A DNA stretch of 64,000 nucleotides, from positions 81,918 to 145,917 of the forward strand of contig JAHFKK010000001.1 in assembly GCA_023245335.1 (NCBI GenBank), written 5' to 3'. Positions 10,703 through 20,177 of this stretch are shown one piece after another. Each line of letters opens with the position of its first letter. The first letter of the stretch is position 1. The DNA is from Candidatus Gottesmanbacteria bacterium (GTDB lineage: Bacteria > Patescibacteriota > Microgenomatia > UBA10105 > UBA927). The notes beneath the pieces are model-generated. The model saw nothing but the letters and a program-made list of their open reading frames with translations, was not told the DNA's origin and ran no database searches. Both the position numbers and the translations under genes were made by a program.

Positions 10703-10773
10703 TGGACCCGAGGGGAATCGAACCCCTTTCTACTCCATGCCATGGAGTCGTTCTACCGGTATACTACGGGCCC
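10703..10773 (-). tRNA. tRNA-Ala, anticodon GGC.
   Basis: The reverse complement reads GGGCCCGTAGTATACCGGTAGAACGACTCCATGGCATGGAGTAGAAAGGGGTTCGATTCCCCTCGGGTCCA. It has a 7-bp acceptor stem with the G3:U70 Ala identity pair, a T-arm GGGG-TTCGATT-CCCC and an anticodon loop ATGGCAT. CCA is not encoded. Confidence 0.8.
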
Positions 10774-10851
10774 GGTTGATTGTCCCACTCTTACAACGAA
10801 CGCTTCGCGGGACAATCTTCGCATTTTCCAATCAGTCAAGTTTATTACGAG

Positions 10852-10896
10852 TGGCCGTGCCACACGGAGCTCCGACTGAAAGTCGAGAGCGAAGTG
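10852..10896 (-). repeat. Conserved 45-nt tRNA 3'-trailer element, copy 2 of 2.
   Basis: See copy 1. Direct repeat seen in the sequence. Confidence 0.6.
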
Positions 10897-10970
10897 TGGA
10901 CCTGAGCGGAGTCGAACCGCTGATCTCCGCAATGCGAATGCGGCGCTCTACCAACTAAGCTACAGGCCCC
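10897..10970 (-). tRNA. tRNA-Ala, anticodon CGC.
   Basis: The reverse complement reads GGGGCCTGTAGCTTAGTTGGTAGAGCGCCGCATTCGCATTGCGGAGATCAGCGGTTCGACTCCGCTCAGGTCCA. It has G3:U70, the D-loop AGTTGGTAGAGC, the T-loop GGTTCGACTCC and an anticodon loop TTCGCAT. Confidence 0.8.
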
Positions 10971-11037
10971 GTGATGGCAATTATACATAAATTTCCGTTC
11001 ATTAACACGTTGCTCCGCACTGAAGAATTAACTGAGG

Positions 11038-12165
11038 CTATTTGAGGAACGACGTGGGATTGACCGGTGTCCCATTTCTTCGAACTTCGAAATGAAGGTG
11101 CGTCCCTGTGGATCGGCCCGTTGAGCCCATTTTTCCGATCACCTGACCACGGGAAACATGATCCCCATTTTTCACGTATATTTCTACCATGTGACCATAA
11201 AGCGTCGATAGTCCCCCGCCGTGATCGATAATGACGTGCCTCCCGTACCCGTAGGTCAGATACTCCACCAAAATAACGGTTCCATCTCCGGCAGCCGTAA
11301 CGGGAGGATTAGACGGGTTAGCTATATCAAAGGCCATATGGTACCAGATGGGATATTGTGTGATAATTCCGACCGTCGGCCACGCAAACTGTCCGCTCCC
11401 GCCAGCCGCGAGTGGTGATGTAGAAAACGATGGCGGCGCGATTGGTGCGGCATCGGGCATGACGCCATCAGGCACTATAAGCGGCTGTCCCACGTTAAGC
11501 GCAAATGTGTTGAGGTCCGTAAAGTCGTTAAACGGGAAGTTAACGATTTTTTGTGCATCGGTTTTATATTTTTTGGCGATGGAATAAATCGTTTCCCCTT
11601 CGTTCACTTTGATGACTAGCCCCGTGACAGGCGGGATTTTAAGTGCATCCCCTACGGTCAAACTATCGCTTTTTATATCGTTTGCCCATTTTATCGTATC
11701 AACCGATACGTTAAATTTTTGCGCGATAGTTGATAGAGTATCTCCCGATTGTATATTGTATGTTATCGTTTGATCACGTGGCTTTTCTGAAACCTGCGTT
11801 TGTATGCCGTAATCTGATAAATCAAGTGACGAAACGACTGCCGAAGGCGGAGTAAAATCGGCAAGTGCACCGGTAACACCACGGCCTGGATATGCATTAG
11901 CAAGAATAGGGGCAGAAAGAATCGCGGCTATGACAAGGACGCTGACCGACAGATGGAGAAACGGCCGTTGATATCCACCTCGGCGAGCCATGAGTATGTC
12001 TACCAGGACATCTTTATTCGTCTCGAACCATCCACCAAACCGACGGAGCCGATGGACGATATAATTGTACCATCCCCGCTCCCACAAAATGAGGTCTTCC
12101 TGCAATAATTGGAGCCTTTTTCTCATGAGACATTGTAGGGTATACCGAAACAGATTTGTTTGCAA
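11038..12165 (-). CDS. LysM-domain M23 family metallopeptidase (cell-wall hydrolase). The start is probably an internal M after the leader.
   Basis: An N-terminal TM/signal segment (LHLSVSVLVIAAILSAPILANA) is followed by two LysM-like repeats (YNIQSGDTLSTIAQKFNVSVDTIKWAN; VNEGETIYSIAKKYKTDAQKI). The C-terminal M23 motifs are HVIIDHGGG...YGHM and GSTGRSTGTHLHFEV. Confidence 0.85.
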   Translation of the reverse strand: MQTNLFRYTLQCLMRKRLQLLQEDLILWERGWYNYIVHRLRRFGGWFETNKDVLVDILMARRGGYQRPFLHLSVSVLVIAAILSAPILANAYPGRGVTGALADFTPPSAVVSSLDLSDYGIQTQVSEKPRDQTITYNIQSGDTLSTIAQKFNVSVDTIKWANDIKSDSLTVGDALKIPPVTGLVIKVNEGETIYSIAKKYKTDAQKIVNFPFNDFTDLNTFALNVGQPLIVPDGVMPDAAPIAPPSFSTSPLAAGGSGQFAWPTVGIITQYPIWYHMAFDIANPSNPPVTAAGDGTVILVEYLTYGYGRHVIIDHGGGLSTLYGHMVEIYVKNGDHVSRGQVIGKMGSTGRSTGTHLHFEVRRNGTPVNPTSFLK

Positions 12166-12311
12166 CTTTTACGAAGTAAAAGTCGTCAAACCATATCATA
12201 AGTTAATACTCGTAATAATTCTTGTTATGAAGGGTATAACACGTGAAAAACGAGGATGCAAATAAATACATTACCATTCTGGAACAAAATGGGTCAAAAC
12301 TACCTCAACTC

Positions 12312-14072
12312 TTATTCCTTCCCCAGGCCTTTGAGGAATTCATCGTTGTCTTTGGCCTTACTGAGGCGGTCTATAAGCATCATGGTGCGTTCTTCATCGG
12401 AAAGCAGACTCAGCATGTGCCGCAGTGTCGTTACCTTTTTCATGAGATCTTCGCCTAACAGGAGCTCATCGTGTCTGGTGCCGGACTTGCCCACATCAAT
12501 TGCCGGGAAAATACGCCGTTCTTGGAGCGCCCGGGAAAGATGGAGTTCCATGTTGCCGGTGCCTTTGAATTCTTCATAGATGAGATCATCCATCCGGCTT
12601 CCTGTCTCAACAAGAGCCGTGCCTATAATTGTGAGGGATCCGCCGTCTGTCACACGGGGAACCACCGGTTGTTCTCCGGCGACCTTTTTGGCTTCCTCTT
12701 CAGGAGTCAAAAAGGGTTCATTACAACGTGCTGCGCCCAAAAATTTCTTTGCCGGATAGAGTGCCGCGGGATCAAAGCCTCCGGTTAAAGTCCTGCCGGA
12801 AGGATTCACGACCAGATTATACGCGCGGGCAAGCCGGGTGATGGAATCAAGGAGTATGACGACGTCATGCCCCATTTCAATAAGCCGTTTTGCCCTATCG
12901 AGTGCTACTTCAGCCACTCTCGTCTGATGATCCGGTGATTCGTCAAAATTACTCGCATATACTTCTCCTTTGACGGAACGTGAAATATCCGTTACTTCTT
13001 CCGGCCGCTCACCGATGAGAACCGCCATAAGATGCACTTGCGGATAATTTGCCGAGATTCCGGCTGCCAGTTCTTTCAATATGGTCGTTTTTCCGGCTTT
13101 GGGCGGCGAGACGACGAGTCCGCGCTGTCCGAATCCGATGGGAGCTAGTAAATCAATTATCCTCGTAGAAAGAGTTGTCGCACTTGTCTCCAGCTTCAAA
13201 TGTTTATTGGGGTATATCGGCACCAAGTCCTCAAATCTCGGCCGCTTTTCCATCTGCTCTGCGGGCAATTCATTCACTTTCTCGACTTTCAGTAACCCCC
13301 AATATCGCTCATTATCCTTGGGCGGCCTCGCTTGGCCTTCCACCATATCGCCGTTTCGCAGTAAAAATCTTCGGATTTGAGATTGGGAGATGTATATATC
13401 CTTATCACTTGGTGTATATTTGGGACGCAAAAACCCATGGCCTTCCGGCATGGTGTCAAGCACTCCGCGTACGGTTTCTGTCGGGACATTGACATCAGGC
13501 GTGAAGCCTACGGCGTTTATGTCACTATAGTCACGTCGCTGATCCCCACCACTGAAATTATCCCGGTTGTACCCTCCCTGCGGCCCGCCATCCCGCCCAA
13601 AACGATCCGAGGCAGAATGATCACGCCATCCGCGATCCATACCGGGTCCTCCGCGCCTTTGATACCCTTCCCGCCCAAAACGATCCGATCCTGTCCGGTC
13701 TCCACCGCTGAAATTATCCCGATGATTTCCGCCAAATCGATGCGGACCGCGGGAAAAATCCCGTCGTGCACCACCACTGCTTCTACCACCGGTCATCGGT
13801 CCCCGGGAATACGATGATGGTGCCGGAGCTATCGGTTTGGGTTCTATGCTTTCTGAAGGAAGCGGTGTTACCGGAGGCTCATCCGTAACCGGTGCACCTA
13901 CCAGATCATCAACACTGATGCTTGATTTGGCTATTGGCGGCTCATCGGGAGGGAGCGAGACCGGTGAAGAAGGCATGGGAGATGGCACGACATCCTCCGC
14001 GGCTTTCGTGGACTTATCCCGAGATTCAGGAGATTTTTTGACGGTTGGTTTCCGTGATGCTTTAAAGACCAT
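12312..14072 (-). CDS. rho: Transcription termination factor Rho carrying an N-terminal RGG/FSGGD-rich low-complexity extension of about 300 aa.
   Basis: The C-terminal RecA-like core carries Walker A ([18 protein letters not shown]), [11 protein letters not shown] and a Rho CSD-like segment ([23 protein letters not shown]). The N-terminal region is built from repeats of RGGP..RD.FSGGD....GRDG and is intrinsically disordered-like. Confidence 0.9.
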   Translation of the reverse strand: MVFKASRKPTVKKSPESRDKSTKAAEDVVPSPMPSSPVSLPPDEPPIAKSSISVDDLVGAPVTDEPPVTPLPSESIEPKPIAPAPSSYSRGPMTGGRSSGGARRDFSRGPHRFGGNHRDNFSGGDRTGSDRFGREGYQRRGGPGMDRGWRDHSASDRFGRDGGPQGGYNRDNFSGGDQRRDYSDINAVGFTPDVNVPTETVRGVLDTMPEGHGFLRPKYTPSDKDIYISQSQIRRFLLRNGDMVEGQARPPKDNERYWGLLKVEKVNELPAEQMEKRPRFEDLVPIYPNKHLKLETSATTLSTRIIDLLAPIGFGQRGLVVSPPKAGKTTILKELAAGISANYPQVHLMAVLIGERPEEVTDISRSVKGEVYASNFDESPDHQTRVAEVALDRAKRLIEMGHDVVILLDSITRLARAYNLVVNPSGRTLTGGFDPAALYPAKKFLGAARCNEPFLTPEEEAKKVAGEQPVVPRVTDGGSLTIIGTALVETGSRMDDLIYEEFKGTGNMELHLSRALQERRIFPAIDVGKSGTRHDELLLGEDLMKKVTTLRHMLSLLSDEERTMMLIDRLSKAKDNDEFLKGLGKE

Positions 14073-14195
14073 ACAACAACAGTGGTTAGAAATTAGTGAT
14101 TAATTAACGAACGTGAAAATGCTGTTTCAAACCCTTTATTAGGATTTCATGGGAAAAATACATTCACACTACAGAGGAATCACAAATCTTGCCCT

Positions 14196-14224
14196 ATTTA
14201 ACCAAAGAACCGGGCATTTGTCAA
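14196..14224 (-). promoter_or_regulatory. Candidate sigma70-like promoter for rho: -35 TTGACA, a 17-nt spacer and -10 TTAAAT, giving a long leader of about 120 nt.
   Basis: The minus strand reads cccgTTGACAaatgcccggttctttggTTAAATagg, about 125 nt upstream of the rho start. Hexamers were inspected by eye. Confidence 0.35.
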
Positions 14225-14261
14225 CGGGTACTTCTTGTACCGTAGTTTCATTATGATTCAT

Positions 14262-16499
14262 TTAGCGCACTTCATAAACGACCGTCCCGCCCTGCGCAAA
14301 GACCTTTTTCCCGATGGCATCCAACTTCGGTTCCTGGATATTACTGAATTTTTGACGTTCGAGAGTGCCCACTATGATATAACGAACGTGGTATGCATGG
14401 AGCAGGTTTTCCGTCAAGGTTTTGTCCGGTGACTCATAAATTTTACGCACGTCATCCCGTCTCGGAGAGACAACATCATACGTACCCCGCCACAGCCACT
14501 CGTGAACAGCCCAACCGACCACTGTAGGAGAACCGGTAAATACGGAAAATTGATTATAGTCGGTGTAACTGTCCCCATCTGCTTCCAAGATGACGGAGGG
14601 CGCTGATTCGGCCTCAAAACGCGTATTCAACCAGGACATAGCGGCGTAATTATCCGGGTACTCGTGACTCAGCCAACCCAATCCCCATACACCATCGTAG
14701 GTCCGCAACTGACCGAAATAGCTCCGTACGGAAAAAATCGGATATATCGACACGAGAAACAATTGAGGAATCAAAAGGATAAGAAAGAGCTTGCTTACAA
14801 AATTCGTACGTACCGTATGGATAGCTTCCATGATTACGTATGCCGACAGTACCGCGTACAGCATGAATGCCTGATACCCAAGCTTAAACATCGTGTTACT
14901 CCGAAAATGCATGGGATATATGTCTTTGAAGTAAAAGAATTCCGGAAATATAATAAGAAGGACGGAAAAAACAAAGAAAATTATCAGTACTTTTTCTATC
15001 TGAGTAAATTTCTTATCCCATACTATCCGTACATCCCGTATAGACGTCACTCCCCAAATCCTTTTGAGGATAAACGTGCCGCCGCAAAACCAGAAAAACC
15101 CCCAAAGTAACCACATCATCCAGAGAGGCGACTTCTGACATTTTTCCACCCCCTCAAATAGAATCGGTCCAATATGCGTATTGGAAAGGAGTGCTGGTGG
15201 ACAATCCACGGCCAACCCGTTCACAAACGATTTGAAGTGGGCAAGAAACGGTAAACTCGTGATCCCTGCCGCCAATGCCACAATCCCCACTCGTATACCC
15301 CATTTTCGCCAATACGACGGATCGGTCCAATCACCGGGGTAAAGCACCAAGAGGAGAATAACAAATAACCCCAGGTACACAGGGCCATCCAATGCATTCG
15401 TCATGAGAAGCACGCCGACCAAAAAGCCATAAAATCCGAGAAAGTATGAGGTAAGCGGCCCGCGCCAGAGCATTGTTTTGGTACGACTCACAATTTTTGT
15501 GAACGGATCGCGAAGATCGGCAAAATATACAATAAGAAGTGCGATGGCAAGAAGCACAAACGGAATACTGAGAACGTGCCCGTGCACGTCGGAAACAACA
15601 AATGAGTAGCTGGGAAATTCATGGATGGTATAGGGAATGAAGCGTGTCGCGTTGGCGTACCAATATCGATCTATTCCTTCGGGCAGACGCGAAAATAAAT
15701 CCTTTATCGGCCACGCGAGTTGCCAAAACGGTTTGACGTTATCGCCTGTATACCCTTGGGTGAACGCATAAATCGTCTGCATGTTGCCTGCCATCGTCAC
15801 TAAAAACGCCGTGAGCGTCCCTGCAAACAGTGCACTGAATCTCCCCCCTCGCTTCAGCCCGCCCATGACCTGATGTCTCATAAGCGAGAGCTGATAGCCG
15901 ATCGAAAAACTCATCGTGAGACAAAAAGCGAAAATTGCCGCCAACATGAGATTGAAGGTATACCCAAGCTCCAGTCCGGAGAGTTTGGTAAGGATTGCAG
16001 TCACCAAATGACCGAAATAGTAATAGTTAATGGGGAGCGGCGGATACCACATATCTGCCGGGGGGAAATACCGGGAATGCAGTATGGAATTCATGAATCC
16101 GTAATCCATGAATTTTTCCAAGCCCCGGATACTCGGCTCGTGGGCTTTCACCCAAGACCAAAAAAGGAGTGCAACGAGAAAAAATAATTCTTCGACTATT
16201 ATGGCGCCAAAAAGGGCGCGATCCGGCATACGGAGTTTTTTGATGTTATGCCCGACCGTTCCGGCCAAAAAAACAACGCCGATGGCGACATAAACGGTGA
16301 CGTTGGTAAACGGTGCGATATGCGCCATTCCCAGTGCAAATACGATCCACGTCACAAGTGCCATACCAACCGCTTTGCTGAAAAGGTAACCCCGGTCAAA
16401 CCAACGGCCAAAAAGCATGCTGGTCAGAGGAAATGCGGCAGCGCCGAAAAGAAAAAGAGTCCCCCACCAGCGCATGACAATCCAAAAATCAGCAGTCAT
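14262..16499 (-). CDS. Polytopic membrane protein of the YYY-domain/DUF2298 family (TIGR03662-like), a putative membrane glycosyltransferase.
   Basis: 745 aa with more than 12 predicted TM segments and the signature PPLPINYYYFGHLVTAILTKLSGL, plus large loop domains. The family assignment comes from the YYY motif and the overall architecture; no tool was run. Confidence 0.6.
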   Translation of the reverse strand: MTADFWIVMRWWGTLFLFGAAAFPLTSMLFGRWFDRGYLFSKAVGMALVTWIVFALGMAHIAPFTNVTVYVAIGVVFLAGTVGHNIKKLRMPDRALFGAIIVEELFFLVALLFWSWVKAHEPSIRGLEKFMDYGFMNSILHSRYFPPADMWYPPLPINYYYFGHLVTAILTKLSGLELGYTFNLMLAAIFAFCLTMSFSIGYQLSLMRHQVMGGLKRGGRFSALFAGTLTAFLVTMAGNMQTIYAFTQGYTGDNVKPFWQLAWPIKDLFSRLPEGIDRYWYANATRFIPYTIHEFPSYSFVVSDVHGHVLSIPFVLLAIALLIVYFADLRDPFTKIVSRTKTMLWRGPLTSYFLGFYGFLVGVLLMTNALDGPVYLGLFVILLLVLYPGDWTDPSYWRKWGIRVGIVALAAGITSLPFLAHFKSFVNGLAVDCPPALLSNTHIGPILFEGVEKCQKSPLWMMWLLWGFFWFCGGTFILKRIWGVTSIRDVRIVWDKKFTQIEKVLIIFFVFSVLLIIFPEFFYFKDIYPMHFRSNTMFKLGYQAFMLYAVLSAYVIMEAIHTVRTNFVSKLFLILLIPQLFLVSIYPIFSVRSYFGQLRTYDGVWGLGWLSHEYPDNYAAMSWLNTRFEAESAPSVILEADGDSYTDYNQFSVFTGSPTVVGWAVHEWLWRGTYDVVSPRRDDVRKIYESPDKTLTENLLHAYHVRYIIVGTLERQKFSNIQEPKLDAIGKKVFAQGGTVVYEVR

Positions 16500-16513
16500 A
16501 TGGGTAAAGTATA

Positions 16514-17095
16514 CTATGCGGGATTCAGGAGCGTTTGCTTGCCGCCGGCGATGGTATTTATGACGCGGCCGACGTGCTCGGCGACCGACGTACCCGCTTG
16601 AGCTTCCCAGGAAACAAGCCGGGACACGGGTCGCAAAAGTATAAGTGACCCGCTACCGGCGGCAAGTTTAGTCGCCGTTTTCATTGTTGCGTCAATGAAA
16701 GGCTTTCCGGTGCGCTCATGAACCAAAGGGACTAACGCAATACGGCGTTCTCTTATGTCAGAGTTTCTGTGCGTATCGCGGAACATGCCGACGCTCAACG
16801 ATGCGCAAACAGTAGCCAAAGTGATATCTACGACTGTGCTTCCAACTGCTACCGTTTTACCTATCGTGTCTGCATGGGTTTCTAGCGTTGACCGTAATTT
16901 TTGTAACGCCGGCGCGTCAAATTGTTCGCTCATAATACGAATGCTCTTCGCTGTGTTTTCGCTGATGGGGATATGTACCAGACGATCAAAAAGGCTTTGC
17001 CTGGTTTTTTGTACCACTTGATCAACAGTCGCCGCCGAGTTAGATAATTCCGTAGTGCCCGATTCCATAAATACCCCTCGCTCCTTTGGGCTCAT
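16514..17095 (-). CDS. Hypothetical protein, 193 aa.
   Basis: ORF with even codon usage and no motif I can assign. It lies convergent with the + strand oxidoreductase gene. Confidence 0.4.
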   Translation of the reverse strand: MSPKERGVFMESGTTELSNSAATVDQVVQKTRQSLFDRLVHIPISENTAKSIRIMSEQFDAPALQKLRSTLETHADTIGKTVAVGSTVVDITLATVCASLSVGMFRDTHRNSDIRERRIALVPLVHERTGKPFIDATMKTATKLAAGSGSLILLRPVSRLVSWEAQAGTSVAEHVGRVINTIAGGKQTLLNPA

Positions 17096-17175
17096 TATAG
17101 AGGGGTCGCATCGTTTCGTAAAGCGACGCCGTCATACTCGTCCGCACCCGTCATTTTCTGCTACAATCACGGGAT

Positions 17176-18465
17176 ATGGACATCGCAGTAATCGGTGGGG
17201 GTTTTACCGGACTTACCGCGGCCTATACGCTTACAAAACTCGGTCACCGAGTCAGTATTTTTGAAAAGGAATCATTTCTCGGGGGTCTTGCATATGGTTT
17301 TACTTTCCCGGGTTGGGAATGGCATATGGAAGGCGCGTATCACCATTTATTTACCAACGACAATTCAATTCTTTCGCTTCTTCAGGATTTGGGTCTCAAA
17401 GACGACCTCATCATCAAACGTCCGATCACCGCTTCTCTTTGGCATAGCGTCATGTATCAGCTTGACTCCCCCATATCACTTTTCACGTTCCCTGGTTTAG
17501 GACCGGTCGACAAATTCAGGACGGCAATTCTCTTGGCGTTTCTGAAAGTCATGCCGTTTTGGCAACCCCTTGAAGGAATAACAGCTGAACAACTATTAGT
17601 TTCAATTGGCGGAAAAAATGCATTCACAACAATCTGGGAACCTCTCCTTTATGGCAAATTCGGGGAGTATGCACCCAAAGTCGCAGCATCATGGTTCTGG
17701 GCCAGAATCCAAAAACGTACGCCGAGTCTCTGTTATATCCGCGGCGGATTTCACACCCTGGTTGAGGCCTTACGCGCCGTAATTATAAAAAATGGCGGAA
17801 CGATTCTGACTTCAACGGTAATACATTCCGTTAAAAGGACATCCGCTGATTCATATACCCTCTCGTGGGGATCCAATAAACAAACCTTCGACAGGATTCT
17901 TCTTACTATCCCGACTCCCGCCGCCTTCAAGCTTATACCCGACCTCCCGTCCACCGACAAAAGATACGCGGCACTCTCCGCGATCCCGCATCTTTTTGCC
18001 CAAACGCTCATTCTAGAGACAGATGCGCCCATCCTCAAAGACGTCTACTGGCTGAACGTAACCGATCGGTCGTTCCCGTTCCTTGCCGCGGTAGCTCACA
18101 CAAACTTCATGGATAAAACCCACTATGGAGGCCATCACCTCACGTATTTCGGAAATTATCTGCCGCAGGGACATCGGTATCTATCCATGACCGCACAAGA
18201 ACTTCTCAAGGAATTCCGTCCGTTTATTCATAGTTTGTCGTCCGGCACTCGATACAAAATACTTCATACACATATGTTCATCGGCCCTTTTGCACAACCC
18301 GTCCATACACGCCACTATTCACAAAAAATTCCTCCGATTACGACTCCCCTACCCAGCACATATCTCGCAAATATGGATTTCATCTATCCGTGGGACCGGG
18401 GAACAAATTATGCCGTTGAATTAGGACAAAGGGCAGCCAACTTGATAGTAAAAAAAACAATATGA
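17176..18465 (+). CDS. FAD-dependent oxidoreductase (amine oxidase/phytoene desaturase/protoporphyrinogen oxidase-like Rossmann fold).
   Basis: The N-terminus carries the dinucleotide-binding motif MDIAVIGGGFTGLTAAYTL...VSIFEKESFLGGLA. It is 429 aa, and its stop overlaps the next start (ATGA at 18462-18465). Confidence 0.8.
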   Translation: MDIAVIGGGFTGLTAAYTLTKLGHRVSIFEKESFLGGLAYGFTFPGWEWHMEGAYHHLFTNDNSILSLLQDLGLKDDLIIKRPITASLWHSVMYQLDSPISLFTFPGLGPVDKFRTAILLAFLKVMPFWQPLEGITAEQLLVSIGGKNAFTTIWEPLLYGKFGEYAPKVAASWFWARIQKRTPSLCYIRGGFHTLVEALRAVIIKNGGTILTSTVIHSVKRTSADSYTLSWGSNKQTFDRILLTIPTPAAFKLIPDLPSTDKRYAALSAIPHLFAQTLILETDAPILKDVYWLNVTDRSFPFLAAVAHTNFMDKTHYGGHHLTYFGNYLPQGHRYLSMTAQELLKEFRPFIHSLSSGTRYKILHTHMFIGPFAQPVHTRHYSQKIPPITTPLPSTYLANMDFIYPWDRGTNYAVELGQRAANLIVKKTI

Positions 18466-20177
18466 CCGATCAAAAATCATCAAACAGACCTCGTGTCACG
18501 CGCGCGCCGCACGCATCACTCTTAGTGGGAGTATTTGCCCTTTTCCTATTCTCCTTTTACCTCATGTTTCATACGTTTTCCTATAACTCCGGAACACATG
18601 AAATACTCATTGCCTCCAAGGCCTGGAGCGACTTCGGCGCACACATACCGCTTATTCGCTCTTTTTCTTATGGACCAAATCTTGCCCGGCTCTTCCACGG
18701 TCAACCGGTAGAGTCACCGCTATTCCCTGGTGAACCGATCCGCTATCATTTCGGCTTCTATGCACTGGTCGGATTATTAGAAAAGCTTGGCGTTCGGATC
18801 GATTGGGCCCTGAACATTCCGAGTGCACTCGGATTTTTTCTCTTACTTGGCACCATATATCTTTTGAGCTACATACTGTTTACTGACCGCAGGGTTTCTT
18901 TGCTTTCCGTCATTTTTTTTCTCTTCAACGGGTCGTTATCAGCACTTCGATTTTTCCAAAGCCATCCGTTGAATCCCAATACCGTCACCGACATCATCAC
19001 CAACTCCCGCTTCCCTGCCTTCGGGCCATGGGACGGCAATACGATCACCGCCTTCTGGACGCTCAATATTTACACGAACCAACGGCACCTAGGGCTCTCC
19101 TATGGCATTATCTTGAGCATTCTTTGCCTCTTACTGCTCCCATCAAAAAAGCCCGCCGCGCGCGGGGTACGGGACGCCATAACGATTGCGATACTTTCGA
19201 GCTTATTGCTTTTTTTCAACTATCCTGCGGCACTTATCCTCGCCGTGTGTTGTCTCGCTGTCTTTGCGGTGCGCCCGGACATTCGTCTCCCGCTTGCTAG
19301 TGCCGGCGTCATGAGTCTTCCGGCCCTTTTTCTCCTCTATCATGTCGCTCACATCAGTTCGGACATCGTTTGGCAACCCGGCTATCTTGCATCTCCCTTG
19401 ACACCGACTCACTTTGTACAATTTTGGTTTGATAACCTTGGGTTACAGCTTCTGTTTATTCCGCTGGGGCTTCTGTTTGCACCAAGGTCCATACGTCGAA
19501 TGTTTCTGGGCCCGCTTTTGGTCCTTTTCATCCTCCCGAATCTGTTTCGTTTTTCTCCGGACATGATCAACAACCATAAATTCTTTAATTTTTTCCTTGT
19601 CATAGGCAACATGTTTTCGGCGTATGCACTATTTCGTATTCTCAAACTATATGAAAAGTCTCCTCATAAACAATTGAGAAAACTCCTACAGATTATTACC
19701 GGCATAGTTTTTGTTGTCGCACTCACGTTATCTGGCATCATAGATTTCTTCCCTATTGTGAACGATACCAAAGGGGCAATCCCTGACGTTAGGGTAAATA
19801 ATGACGCACAATTTTTTCTCTATCACATCGCCCCCACCGCCATCATCGCCAATTCCACGTGGTTTTACCATCCCGCCTCAATCGCGGGACGCTCATTATT
19901 CTCCGGCTACACATACTTTACCTGGTCCTACGGATACAATCAGGTCGAGAGAGAACAAATACTCAAAAATCTCTATAACGCCTCGGATCTTCGGGCTATA
20001 TGTTCGATCCTGGGGAAAAATCATATCGCCGCAGTCGAACTTAATCCGAAACCAGAGTCATATCTTGCGATTAATTTTCCGCTCTGGCTTTCCTTCCCCG
20101 CCGCATATGAGAATACGAAAACGGGGCTGAAAGTATTTCTCACCCGAGACCTATGTACGAACATAACGACACACTGA
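18462..20177 (+). CDS. GT-C fold membrane glycosyltransferase-like protein (PMT/ArnT-like, 12 or more TM).
   Basis: 571 aa with many TM helices. It is translationally coupled to the upstream oxidoreductase and adjacent to two further GT-C paralogs. The family call rests on architecture only. Confidence 0.5.
   Translation: MTDQKSSNRPRVTRAPHASLLVGVFALFLFSFYLMFHTFSYNSGTHEILIASKAWSDFGAHIPLIRSFSYGPNLARLFHGQPVESPLFPGEPIRYHFGFYALVGLLEKLGVRIDWALNIPSALGFFLLLGTIYLLSYILFTDRRVSLLSVIFFLFNGSLSALRFFQSHPLNPNTVTDIITNSRFPAFGPWDGNTITAFWTLNIYTNQRHLGLSYGIILSILCLLLLPSKKPAARGVRDAITIAILSSLLLFFNYPAALILAVCCLAVFAVRPDIRLPLASAGVMSLPALFLLYHVAHISSDIVWQPGYLASPLTPTHFVQFWFDNLGLQLLFIPLGLLFAPRSIRRMFLGPLLVLFILPNLFRFSPDMINNHKFFNFFLVIGNMFSAYALFRILKLYEKSPHKQLRKLLQIITGIVFVVALTLSGIIDFFPIVNDTKGAIPDVRVNNDAQFFLYHIAPTAIIANSTWFYHPASIAGRSLFSGYTYFTWSYGYNQVEREQILKNLYNASDLRAICSILGKNHIAAVELNPKPESYLAINFPLWLSFPAAYENTKTGLKVFLTRDLCTNITTH

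Noticed and set aside
12166-12311. Candidate hairpin (ACTTTTAC-TTC-GTAAAAGT) between rho and the M23 peptidase gene, considered as a rho terminator or a peptidase promoter.
   Set aside because: The stem is AT-only and is not followed by a T-run on the transcribed strand. Promoter hexamers here are weak, so the evidence is too ambiguous to call.
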